The notes beneath the pieces are model-generated. The model did no database searches, was not told where the DNA came from, and saw nothing but the letters and a program-made list of their open reading frames with translations. From Antedon mediterranea (taxonomy: Eukaryota > Animalia > Echinodermata): DNA of 64,000 nt. The translations under genes were made by a program, and so were the position numbers. This document shows, one piece after another, positions 51,757-64,000 of the stretch (positions are counted from its first letter, which is position 1; each line of letters starts with the position of its first letter). The stretch spans positions 21,713,237 through 21,777,236 of the forward strand of contig NC_092672.1 of assembly GCF_964355755.1 (NCBI RefSeq). The letters are read 5' to 3'.

Positions 51757-53785
51757 GGTATCCCAATGAAGCGGATTTTCGTTACCGCGATTTTAACACG
51801 TTCGTGAAATTTCAAAAAGTGACGTGTCTTTGAAGTTAAAAATATACTATTTCTGATATACACATGTGAATAAAAATTATATGTCTGGAAAGATCTTGTT
51901 TAAGGGATTATTTTCATATATTTTTAATCTATGTTTATTAAATATTTTAATAGAAAACGCGAGTTGAAAATGAGGTACAAAAGCCGGCGAGCCGAAATCC
52001 GCGCGCTAAAAATAACTTTGGAAAACACCTACCCATTTTCAAAACACGATCGCACGAGGTCCATAATAGGTGGTGGAGTAATTTTTGTTGCATGTTATCA
52101 GGCTTTAAATACTCTTTATTTTGATATGTAAATCGGTTATTATTTTTATGTACATCCGCCTCAAATGTCAATTTTAACGATAAAAATTGAATTTTTTAGT
52201 CTTTCTCATTATCAAAATCTGGCTAATTTAGTATTGAATTGAAGCTAATTTATATTTCTGTTTGATAAACCACATCGTTTTATTTGACTTTGCGTGGACC
52301 TCGTGCGAAGAGGCCAACAAGACCAACCACTGAAAAAAATAATCCCTACCATAAATATCAGTGTTTACCATTTTCCTGACGGGGGGGATTCAGTTCTCCG
52401 CTTATTACTAAATTATCGTCGCCCAGACAATGTGCATGGTATGCATGTATTAGCGCGTTAATTAATGATTGGATAACCCCTGCAGTGGACTGTTCCATTT
52501 TCTGAACTAGTCTTCGCCGCACACGAGGCATGTCGAAAAATGTCGCCTCTCATGGAATATTTGCTTCGAAACGTCAATTTTACCGATTTATTAAATTATT
52601 TAATAAGTGGAATATTTATAAATCTACTATATAAAGCAAGTACGTTAGGAAGAAATGTACCGAAGAAATTTAAGAAGCTTTGATTTTGCTATGCAGCGGC
52701 CGTAAGCCATTCTATGTAGGCGGCCGAAACGCGCTTTGGCCTGTGTTGCCGTTGTATGTCTACGCTGTTTCTAGGCCTAAATTTTATTCCGTATATTTCA
52801 ATTCAAAGTGCAACTTTCGGTTAGAATAATCGAAAGGGAAATAAAATTAAACATGCTACAATTATACCATTGAGGTAATTACTTTGTTAAATAAAAAATT
52901 TCTTCCCGATATTTCTTAGGCAGAATTTAGCGTCAGGCTTTTATTTAGACCTTAGATTAGCTAGCTGTAGGGGCCTATCTTAACTTTTGTAGTAGGCGCG
53001 GCCGAGTCTACGTTCGGCCCGGCGCTCCAAATGGAATCGAACACATAATAAGCACGGGCTTAATTCTTATTTTTGGCGGTTTGAAAATCAATTTAAATAA
53101 TATATGATTATAAATACTACTTTAAATACTAGAATTATTAAAAAAATGTATACTTACGAAAAATAATATTTAATGAAAAGAAACAATACCCACACAGTTT
53201 TTTAACGCAATATTTTTTTTTTCACATTTTAACATTTTTTAACAATATTTTATGTTGTATTTCAGAATTACCTACCTGTCAATATAAATAACCTTACTAA
53301 AATACATATTACATTTTATGCAATGCAAAAAAAAAGAAGTTAATTCAAACATTGGTTCAAAAGTTATGAATCATTTAAAGACAGGAACTTTTTGGGCATT
53401 TTTGAGACATTGGGAAAATCACGCGTAAAAAGCCCTCGGACGAATTTTGTAGGGCGATATCTAAAAAAAAAAATGTTGAGGACACCCAAAAAAAATTTTT
53501 TCTTGTACAACTCTGTTGTATCTATGGGTTTGGAAAAAATAAGAACTTTGAAATTATTAGTATAAAAGTTATAACCCTTCAAAAATGGGTTCAAATATAA
53601 TTAGAAAAAGTGCCATTTTTCAAGCAAAAATCACTGTTTTTTGGGCACTTTAACGGACCATAACTTTTGAATGGATAATCCGATTTCAATCATTTAAATT
53701 GCAAAAGTTTATGTTCAGTAAGTTCCTTCTGATTAACTGAAAGAAAAAGTACCATCATTAATTTGAATTTTTACATTGGGATACC
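51757..53785. mobile_element. ~2-kb non-autonomous TIR DNA transposon
   Basis: GGTATCCCAATG ... CATTGGGATACC, flanked by TAATA on both sides. An internal segment recurs near 58560-58650. Confidence 0.7.
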
Positions 53786-56700
53786 TAATACTAAAAGGAA
53801 AATAATGTGTTACTAAAGTCACGTATCCATGGTGATTGTGATGACAGGCCCAGACTCTATACTATACATGATATTACGATACTATCTGAATTAAATATTC
53901 AGCCAGTGTGCAAAAACTTCTGGATATTATTTAAGTTGATTATAAATGACTTATACAATTTAGCATTCCTATAATGCTAACGCCTTTTTCATGTTTATAT
54001 TATATAATGCTTTTTTTTATAAATAATAAACGAAAAAAGAAAGAAAAAGGGCGAATTACATTGGATAATAACAATTTAAACAGATTATAAAGATGTAATA
54101 TTTAGAACAACAACAAATATTGCAGATTGAATTGTGTCTTGTTGTGAATGAATGATTTTTGGTCTTTATTTTGAATATTATATTGATAAAGATATACAAC
54201 AATGACAAAAAAGCAGGATTATATTTTACAACAATGATCAAATAGATTATGAAGATTGTAGATTTATGACAACTACTGTATTATATTATACTGATTAACT
54301 TGTATTAATCATGTCATTGACAGTGCTAGAACCCTGGTGCATTTAACATCGTGTATAAGTATAAAAGCATGAAAGAGTATAAGAGCATGATGTCAATACA
54401 GAGAAGAGCTTAGTGGCTTTCTGTAGTTTGCAACGCCCTTTTAATTAATTAGGTACGCTGTGTGTTAATAGAGCATTGTCACACATTGCATACAAAAACA
54501 AGTCATGATATTATTTTATGCTTACAAAACTGAATTTAGAAAAACATATATTTATAAATAAAATTGAAAAAAAAAATGAATTAGTAGTTTCTATAATTAT
54601 AAATTGCTTTAAAAAATAATTTGGGATTTACACTACCCATCTGAATATCATACACCTTAATCTGAATACCTTATCAACATGAATCAGATCATTTTTATAC
54701 TGTCCTTTATTAATAATTATAATATTGACAACCATTCTGATGTTTGTTCATGGTTGTGCAGAGCCATGATAAATACAATTGTCACAGCTTGAATAAGGTG
54801 ACAGGGAGAAAATTAAATGAAAACTTTCTCAATAATATTTCTCTGCTCAAATGCTGGATTGTAATGAGTTTTTAATAGTAAATGTGTCCATATAATTTAT
54901 TGTTTGTTAAGTAGCTGGTCTTTTACCACACTGATGTTTAATGTGAAATGGTTAAATGTATTCAGAGTGAGATCTGACAATGTAAATTATCTTAATTAAA
55001 ATCATTTACATTAAAAACTTTCAATTGTATTTATATTATATTTTATTAATTTTAAGTGCTGTTTTTAAAATACAATTGCAGTCTACCAAAACTAAACACT
55101 ATTAACTTGTGATGTACACAGCCTTTTTAATACTTAGTTGAAATGCCATTATTAGACATTTTTAATCATTGATTTATTTAGAGAAATTAATAAAACTTCA
55201 CCAGAAGTTTTAGAATGGTCATATCAGTTTTATTTTGATTATTTATACTACTATAACAATATATGTTCACATTTTGTAGTAATACACTACCAACATGTAT
55301 AGATAGTATTTACAATACCCATCTGAATAATTATACTACACCTTAATCTGAATACCTTATCCAATCTGAATACCTTATCCAATCTGAATACAGTGTTTAA
55401 ACAGCGAATACTGTTTTGTAATTAATTCATTCCATAAGACCATAATTTAACATCAAATAAATAGTCATAAAATCAAATCTTCTTTATTTTAATATATTCC
55501 TCTTTTTGTTTTCTTTTGAAAACGTCATTTTGTATTGACACTTTTTAAATTTAAGTCATATCAAGAGTAACTTTCTGTGGATTGAAAATGCCATGCTTCA
55601 CACAAAGTTACGCGCACAAGATTTTTTCTTATAACCAACACCTGCAATTGCTGTAACTAATTATATGCGTATTTTCATTATAAGCCTTAAAATAATTGAA
55701 AAGTCAATTAAACCATATCAAATTTTATTGTAATGATTTTACTGATTTTGATTTTAAATGTATTATGGCTACCCTTACAGTACATGATGGCATTGTTAAC
55801 CCTATTTCACATTGACCATTCTTATTATTTTAAATGCATAATTATGGCTACTCATACATGCTGATTGCATTCTTAACCCTATTTCACATTGACTATTCTT
55901 TTTATTGTACAATTTACTAAATGCTTTAGTTTACTTAATTCACTTCCCACAACCTTAATCAATAATCACCTTGACAAATTTCAATATAAATTTACCTCCT
56001 GGTTCATCCTGTTTTTCATCACTGTTTTCCTCCTTGTACTCTATTTGCACAAACATACTTTGCCTATTATATTATTCTTAATAGTTGTTGTTTACAATAG
56101 TGATGAAAGCATTAATTTTAAAAATTTCTGTAATTTCGCGTGGAAGTAATCATATTTATCTTAATTTATGTCATGTTCATCCCACCAAAATCTGATGATG
56201 AAAACAGTTACCATGAAATTAGTACTTATGTAGAAACAAGGCTATATAAAAAAAAAGGATAGATTCAGGGTTTAACAAAATATATGACATAATCAATTTT
56301 AACCGGCTGAAAACATCTATTGAAATCCTCCATACATTATGTAGAAGAGCTGACTATTGCAATATGCTTTATTAGTTGATGCCATTCCAAAAGATTGTAT
56401 AAGTATAATTAAGAATCATAACAACAATATGTCTGTACATATTAAGAATAAATGTATTATAACAATTAAATAACACATAACACATAACAGCAAAATGTAT
56501 ACTCATGCTTTAAATCAAAAGCTATTACTTCTCGTGTTTTAAACAAATGGAATGTTGCTCTCAACGCCCAAAACATAAATCCGATAATGAAGGTGAAAAA
56601 TGAAAAAATATACTAAATTATAAACCATTACATAAAATTGTTCCAACTAACTTACAGCTGTATCTGGAAATTGAAAAAAATGAATGTTATATATGTGTTA

Positions 56701-57520
56701 TTGAAAATTAAAAGCTTTTCTTTTACATTGTATACATAACAAATTATGGAAGAATATTGATAACATTTTTATAGGAATAGACAATAGCAGAAGTTCATTT
56801 AAAGTAGGGCCTACCTCTTTAATGCATGGCTCAGATTGTCTACAGTATATACATATATACAGTGCAATGCTTTAAGTATCTAAATACCTTGCAATTTTAT
56901 ATTCTTTTAACAATCATAAATCATACAGGTTTGATAATGCATTTTTTCTCATATTTGAATAAAATAGGTGTTTATCAAGTCAATACTGTATTCAAATTTA
57001 GAAACAGCTTAATTACAAAATAATGGGATCATTGTGCACTTTGTAATATTAATAATTCATTATATGATGTATTGATACTTTTAACACTTCTTTATTGTAT
57101 CTTGAACTTTGTTGTTATCATTGATACAATAATACATGAATCAAGTGTCAACAATTATAGAGCATTCATATTAACAGTTAATGTTGACTGATATGATTTT
57201 ACTGTACCTTTCATCTCATCTTGAAAATTAAAAAAGTAAATAAAAATTAATCAAATATTAAAAATAATACAAATATAAATAAGGCTGATATTGATGATAT
57301 TGATTGCAATTTGCCTAATGAGGTTTGATGATTAAAATGAGAATTCAGCAGGGTGAATTTTCAATACAAGATGTAGGCCTACTGTAAGTAATAATAACCT
57401 GTCATTCTTTTAAAATACAAAATAAATTGGCAAATTAATGGTAAATGCCACTTAAAAGAGTTTATATGAAAGTATTTGTATGGAAAAATTGAATTATCAA
57501 TATGCATTTATTATTTTTAG

Positions 57521-57619
57521 CATGGAAACACACCTCTGATTGAAGCTGCATATAAAGGTTTTCATGAAGTCTGCTTGGTCCTTCTCAATAAGGGAGCTGA
57601 TGTAAATCACCAAAACGAG
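57521..57619 (+). CDS. Host ankyrin-repeat exon (HGNTPLIEAAYKGFHEVCLVLLNKGADVNHQNE)
   Basis: 99 bp, AG/GT, phase 0, ankyrin consensus. Confidence 0.93.
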
Positions 57620-58062
57620 GTACTTTCACACATTGTATTTCAAACATTCTTAAATATAGGTGGCCAGTACAATTAAATTAATAATTTATGTTTTGTCATT
57701 CATACTGTGATTGTAGGATAATTCAAAGTTAGTACTAGTTCAAAATCTAGACTATTAGTATATTTAAATTTGTTTGAAAATGTATACCACAAATATTTGT
57801 ATATTATATATATGCACAACAAATAGTTTCTTTATTTTGCTTTGTTATCCTATTTTGTAAAGAAATTAATCAGAGCCTTATCATTAAAAGTTTACATTAT
57901 TTATATATGCAGTATGTTTATTTTCACCAGTCAAAATTGCTAAATTATAGCAGGTATCCTGCTATACTTTATTTGCACAAGTAATTAGCATTGTTTACAT
58001 AATAGATTAATCAACTGATAACATGTGTACTACAAGTTTTTTCAGCATATCCTAACTTCATT

Positions 58063-58215
58063 TCCTATTCTCCCAATGTAAAGTTTAGCAGGCTAACTCT
58101 CTCGTGACTCTGGAGAGTTTGCGGACGTAAAGCTCCATCCCTATTCTTCCAATGTAAAGTTTAGCAGGCTAACTCTCCTGACTGAGAGTTTACAGACGCA
58201 GCGCAAAGCTCATTT
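58063..58215. repeat. Two-copy ~77-bp tandem repeat
   Basis: CCTATTCT(C/T)CCAATGTAAAGTTTAGCAGGCTAACTCTC occurs twice. Confidence 0.8.
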
Positions 58216-61200
58216 CATAAAGTTTAGTTATGATACTCTATTTTAATAATAATTCATTAGAAAATAATTAATAGGAAACTTATATTTTAAAGATGTGACC
58301 TATACCAATTCAAAATTACAATAATTACTGTGTTTTGTTTTAAAGTTAAAATGTGTTTATCGTGGACGACGTGTGAATATGTTTTTGACCCGGGCTTCCT
58401 TGTCCTTTGTCACTAATAATAGAGGCATATTTGCATAGTTTAAAATAAATACGCAATAAAATTCATATAAATAAAAATTATATTATATAATATATATTTT
58501 ATATTATTATATATTAAAATGTATTTTATCTATTATTAAAGTATTTCAAAAATAAGCTCAGATGCCGGTGGTGAGCAAAATATGCGCACTAAAAATAACT
58601 TTGGAAAACACGCACCCTAGTTTCAAAACACGATCGCATGTCACGAGGTTAAAATAAACGCTGTCTACCGTTAGGGAATCCGACACGCTATTGCGCATGC
58701 CCAGAGCTCTGGGAAGTGAATTATAGCTTGTGCCACACACACCAGGGAGATGTATTTTACATCTCCCTGCGCACACACACCACACTACCACTGCTGCATG
58801 CTGAGAGTTGGAGTGTTAGGATTTACTGTAGCCTAGTTAGTCATTGCACGAGCAAGAGAGCGATGGATGAAACTTGGCCTAGGCCATACATGAATTAATT
58901 AAAATACGACTACGTCACGCGTTAAAATAATTATTATGATATTAATAAGAATCAGTATCTATCTACCGTGAGAATCGTAATGCTGTTTTTAGACTTCCCA
59001 AACAGTTTTTTCACATCCACGCGGTGGCTGCCGTCAACAAATTAACTTGTGATTGCATGTTATCAAAGATAGTGTAGTAGGAAGATGTTACACTTCTATT
59101 CGTTCAATGCAAATAAAAGCGAGACAACAAGGAGCTAAATTTAAAGGGCGCCTCGCACGCCGAGTAGGGATACGGAAGGTTATTGTGGAAATAGGCTATA
59201 TAACAGAAGAATAATATGACTGTAAAATTAAGATTTAATACGAACTAGAGAGTACTCCGAGAGTACAAACCTCCGCCTACTGTAAAATTCCCCTACATAA
59301 AATTCCCCTACATAAAATTCCCCCTGAACATTTTTTTTTATTAGTTCTAAGTGTAAATAAGGCCCCGTTTCTGCTGCCAAAAATATACCGTATATATACG
59401 GTATATTTTATATACGGTATATTTTTTGGCATAAAGAAATATGTTTTAAAGACAGTTTTAATTATTGTTCTTTCTTCATTAAAGGATATTTTTTAAATTG
59501 ATATTCTATTTAATAATTTTAGAAATAAAGATTTATTATCAATTATTTTTGTTTAAAAATCAGTAGTAAACATTTTGTGTAACATAAATATAGTTTGAAT
59601 TACTATAGACAATAGTACTATGCATATTCTGAGTGGCATTACTCCCTAAGGTTGGAGTGACCCACTCATACCCCAAACATTTCAGTGAACAAAAAATATA
59701 TAATTTTCCATGAGCCTTCATCGTACAACAGCCGCCGACAAACGTACTCACTAATCAAACAATTCCTCATCTATACACACCCCGTTCGGCAAAAATATTT
59801 GAACATTATTGATATATCTGATAGTATACTCGGCCTCACTACGTTGAAAGCTGCATACATATCTCATAGACTCTCTGTGTACATACCCAGTTTGAGTTTA
59901 CAAATTACCATTTAGACTCTATTCCCAGACTTGCTTTGAGGTATCCACATGCCCAGTCCATGGAGGTAAAAAATAATTTTTTTTTTACCTCCATTCCCTC
60001 TCCATGTTTCCAAATACACATTTTTCAGCCTTAGAAAACGTTAAACATTTTTTTCCGCCTTAGTAGACTTAGCTTCCCCATGGTAAATGTTTCCCAATAC
60101 TTTCGTCCTCTTGAATATAACTGCCTAAAGGTGTGGCGCGAAAATTATTGTTTACTTTTTGAAAATTAACTTTTGCATTTATTTTATTTACTGAAGTATA
60201 AATAATGATGATGGGATAAGCATATAATTATGGAACAAACTGCACTTTATTTGTTTATTGGTATACTCCTGGTGAGCATGGTCTACTATGAAAGTTTTAG
60301 CCTCAGTGAATATTATTCACATCCTATACACAATGTATATCATTCCACTGTTTGTCTTCAGTGTTCATCAAAATAATATATTAATATTTATTAGCTTGTT
60401 ATAAAATCATTAGTTGTAGGATTTATATAGATACTTTTTAGTTCAATCTGTTTTAAATGTCGGTATATATACATGTGAATAAATAATGTTTATTTCTTGT
60501 TATAATTACTGTATAATGATTTATTTCCAGTGATTTTTTTTATATCTTTGAATTAAAAAGAATAAAAATTGTTATGAATTTGTTTTAATATAAATTTTAT
60601 TAATTTTTTGTAAGTCAATTCAATAAGTATATAATATAACACAAATAATAAAGATCTTAAAATCTATTAAACTGTATAAATGTTAAGTTTGCATTTCTTA
60701 TGTACTGTATTGATTTTCAGATTCATTGTTTTTCACATTGATATGATTTGTTAGGTTCTTGGTATTCTGGCATCAGCCAAACCTTTACCCATTTTAATTC
60801 TATGACAGGCTTGAGCTATCCAGGGAGGTATAAAAATGGTCATGGTATTTCTAAAAACTGTCCATTTGATCTAACAACTTTAAAAAATGAAACAAATATG
60901 GTTCAAAAAGATGTCTACAATTAAATTGTCCATCTTCTTTTTTATCAGATTCAACTCAAGATTAACATTGTTACAATCAATATTTAGACTAATATGCTAC
61001 ACTTACAAGAACTTGCAAACTCAACCACCACACCATAGAGCAATGAACTATTTCTTTGCTCAATTAACATAATGAAGTTACTTAAACATGCCCCTGAAAG
61101 TAAAAGTTTGTATGCCAAACCTTAAATAATTTAATATTTAAAAAAATGTATATAAATAAAACTAAAATGTGATTGATAATTTAAATACCAGCAACAACAT

Positions 61201-61459
61201 TTTGACATTAAAATTGAAATAATACAAAATTGTATAAAAGTATATAAATTATAACATAATTATGATATTAATAAAAAATTGTATACAAAAGTAGAAATCA
61301 AATTCAGAAAACTAATTTGACTTGGTTGCATTGCATATGATTATGCAGTAAATAGTTGCAAATTGATTTTTGTAAAGTAACCCTCTGTATAAATTACATA
61401 ACAAATGAATATGCGCAACTGTAAGATATAACCAATATTGTATGTATTTCATATTATAG

Positions 61460-61558
61460 AATGGTTGGACAGCTTTGCATTATGCTGCATCCTCTGGAGA
61501 AACAGGCTGTTGCAGCCTGCTGGTGAATGCAGGAGCAGTTGTCAATCTATCAAACAAA
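61460..61558 (+). CDS. Host ankyrin-repeat exon (NGWTALHYAASSGETGCCSLLVNAGAVVNLSNK)
   Basis: 99 bp, AG/GTAAGT, phase 0, ankyrin consensus. Confidence 0.93.
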
Positions 61559-63332
61559 GTAAGTCATCTTCATTATTATTTATTTACATTTTTAAATATA
61601 TAACATTTTATTTTTTAATTATAATGGTCTTTTGGGTAATAATATTTAATTTTAATGTATAAAACTTCATTGATGCTGAAATTGGCATAATTTGAAGATA
61701 TTCAATATATATTTTTTTCTCTGATATTTAATCATAAAAATTGCTATGACACTACATTAACATTTTGTCATGTATTTCCATTGAACAATTAAAACAATGA
61801 AAATGATAGTGCCAATTTTACTTAACTAAACTACAGCAACAAGCTATATGCACAATTGAAATATATCATCCTTATTCCAAAGTGTTAGATACAGTAATTT
61901 AAACAGTTTTGTGAACACTACAACTTCACAAAATTTCAATTTTTCTTTAGATCATTATGATTTTGTATAATCTTAAAAGTTCAGTTTTTAACCAAAATGA
62001 TTTAATAATTTCTGAAACACTATGATTCTACCTATATATCACATAGAGGTACAAATGATCAAAGATGCTAGTTGATAGACATATAGACTGTATTCATTTA
62101 TTTTATAATTATCATCATACTCATTTGCCATACTCTCCTTTAACAACATCACCACCAACTCCAACCACCTCCTGGTTATAGTCACCACCACCAATCCCAA
62201 GAATGATGATGCAGAATTTGGTTGAGAGCTAAAGTGATCTTTTAATACACACCACAATTATAGTTCTTTGTTATTAAGTTGTAATTATTTTTTCCATATA
62301 AGATACAGATAGTATATCTGCCACATTTATTCTTTCTTTATACTCAGGATTAACAAACATAAATAAAACTGAAATAGCGGCACAAATATAATTTTGTAAG
62401 TTATTTACCGTAGCTAGTTTTTAACAAATCACCTTACATAATAATTACAGTATCAAACCACCATTACAATGTCATACAAAATTTGTAAAAATAAACAAAT
62501 CATCATTAGCATAACTAGGTGATAATTGATCCATTGTAATATTTTTAGTCTATTAAAAAAAATGTTTATGTCTTAACATTTATTTAAATATACATACACA
62601 CATAGTAAATTATAGTTAACAAAAAATAAATGGAAATTGTTTAACACTAAACAACCTACATTAGAGGTGAAATACCACTAAGAAACACAAGAAAGCTGAA
62701 CTTAGACTTAAATGTTCTACACAACTGTAACAAGTTCAGAGTGTATCCAAAATTGAACATTATGAAATATTTTAGACCACTGACAATGGTGATGACCAGT
62801 GCTTTGCAAAGTCTGCAGTTGCACTTTTATCATGTTTTATTCATTCATATTTATCTCCATCATCCAACTTTATCAATCAAAACTTTTTTGAGGATAAACA
62901 TACAGTAGCTATATGTAAGGTTCAACTTTAATAATTTTAAGTTTAACATTTTAACATTAATGTTAAAAGATTACTTTTAAAAGAACTTATATAGACAAAT
63001 TTCAAATTTCAGTACAAGCTATTTAACAAAAATATATATGCCAAGTTATTGTAACATAACTTTATATTTTAATCAATGGATGTAAATGAGTTTGCATTAT
63101 ATAAATGTATTACAATTGTTTATAAACTCTTCATTGTTGCAGATCTATTTTAGTACAATCTTTTTTTTAAACTAATATTGACCTTGGTTCATCCTTGTTT
63201 CAGTTGGATATGGTCCTATCTTTTCAATTTACATTCATGTTCACGGAGTAAATTAACATTTATCTATTAAGATTAATTCAATAAATTAAAACTATATCCC
63301 ATAACAATTTTCCTATGAATAAATAGATGGAA

Positions 63333-63575
63333 TTATTACCTCCGCCAAGGAGGTTATATTTTCACCCATGTATGTTTGTGTGGGTGGGTGTGGGTGCGCG
63401 TGTGTGTGTGTCTGTGAACAGCCTGAAGGCCACAGTTTTCATCCGATTCTCACCAAATTCGGCCACAATGATCTATGCCCCAAAAGCTTGGACGAGTCCG
63501 ATTGTAAGGGGAAAAGGTCATAGGTCAAGGTCACAACTAATAAAAAACTATTTTAGTGCCTAGAGACCACAGTAC
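63333..63575 (+). mobile_element. 5' part of a HINE-like Helentron derivative
   Basis: TTATTACCTCCGCCAAGGAGGTTAT hairpin start, GT-rich microsatellite, GGTCAAGGTCA motifs. Confidence 0.55.
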
Positions 63576-64000
63576 ACATATGGCTGAATGCATAACAACA
63601 TTACTATAAGCCCAATGACTGGGAAACCTTTAATATGTGGCTTACCTTTCATTGGTCATGCTTTATAACAACTTACCTTAAACCCCTGCGTTAGCGGCTG
63701 AGGTAACACCAACCCAGCGAATGCTATGCAGTCCAAATAGATACTCATTGTACCCACAGCATAAAATATCCTTAAACAGCACGGCAGCGTGAATAGGACA
63801 TCTTTCTAGCATGTGGCTACTAGTTGATTCCACTGACTAAATAGTGCTAATGTGGTCCCATGCCTTCTACTCTCTATGTATAAAGACCCAGGTATCTGTG
63901 TCCAACAATAATTTCCAACCACCAATAGTTTTGATAGTTCAAACACTGAATTATTTAATATTTTAAATAAACCCAAATAAATTTACACTATCTAGTATTT

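Noticed and set aside
44300-57500. Many 60-120 aa ORFs
   Set aside because: Low-complexity F/I/L/K-rich translations expected from AT-rich intron and repeat DNA, with no recognisable motifs.

Overview
AT-rich animal genomic DNA, probably from a marine invertebrate (inference). The window lies inside the very long introns of a + strand ankyrin-repeat gene built from 99-bp, one-repeat, phase-0 exons (11497, 28810, 57521, 61460, plus a damaged one ending at 18400). The introns are full of mobile DNA. The main feature is a 14.6-kb Maverick/Polinton-derived element (29588-44222) with AGTAGT...ACTACT ends and a 6-bp TAAAAG target-site duplication. The whole element is one palindrome: two ~7.3-kb arms around a 39-bp spacer. 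Each arm carries only a spliced protein-primed family B DNA polymerase gene (open in the right arm, frameshifted in the left) and the same dead 5' stub of the packaging ATPase. I see no integrase, protease or capsid gene. Also present: a decayed Ty3/Gypsy LTR retrotransposon (3439-9526) that lacks integrase and whose gag region starts with a ComEA-like helix-hairpin-helix domain; TTAA- and TAA-targeting non-autonomous DNA transposons; Helentron-type HINEs; LINE remnants; and tandem repeats. All calls were made by eye, with no searches run.
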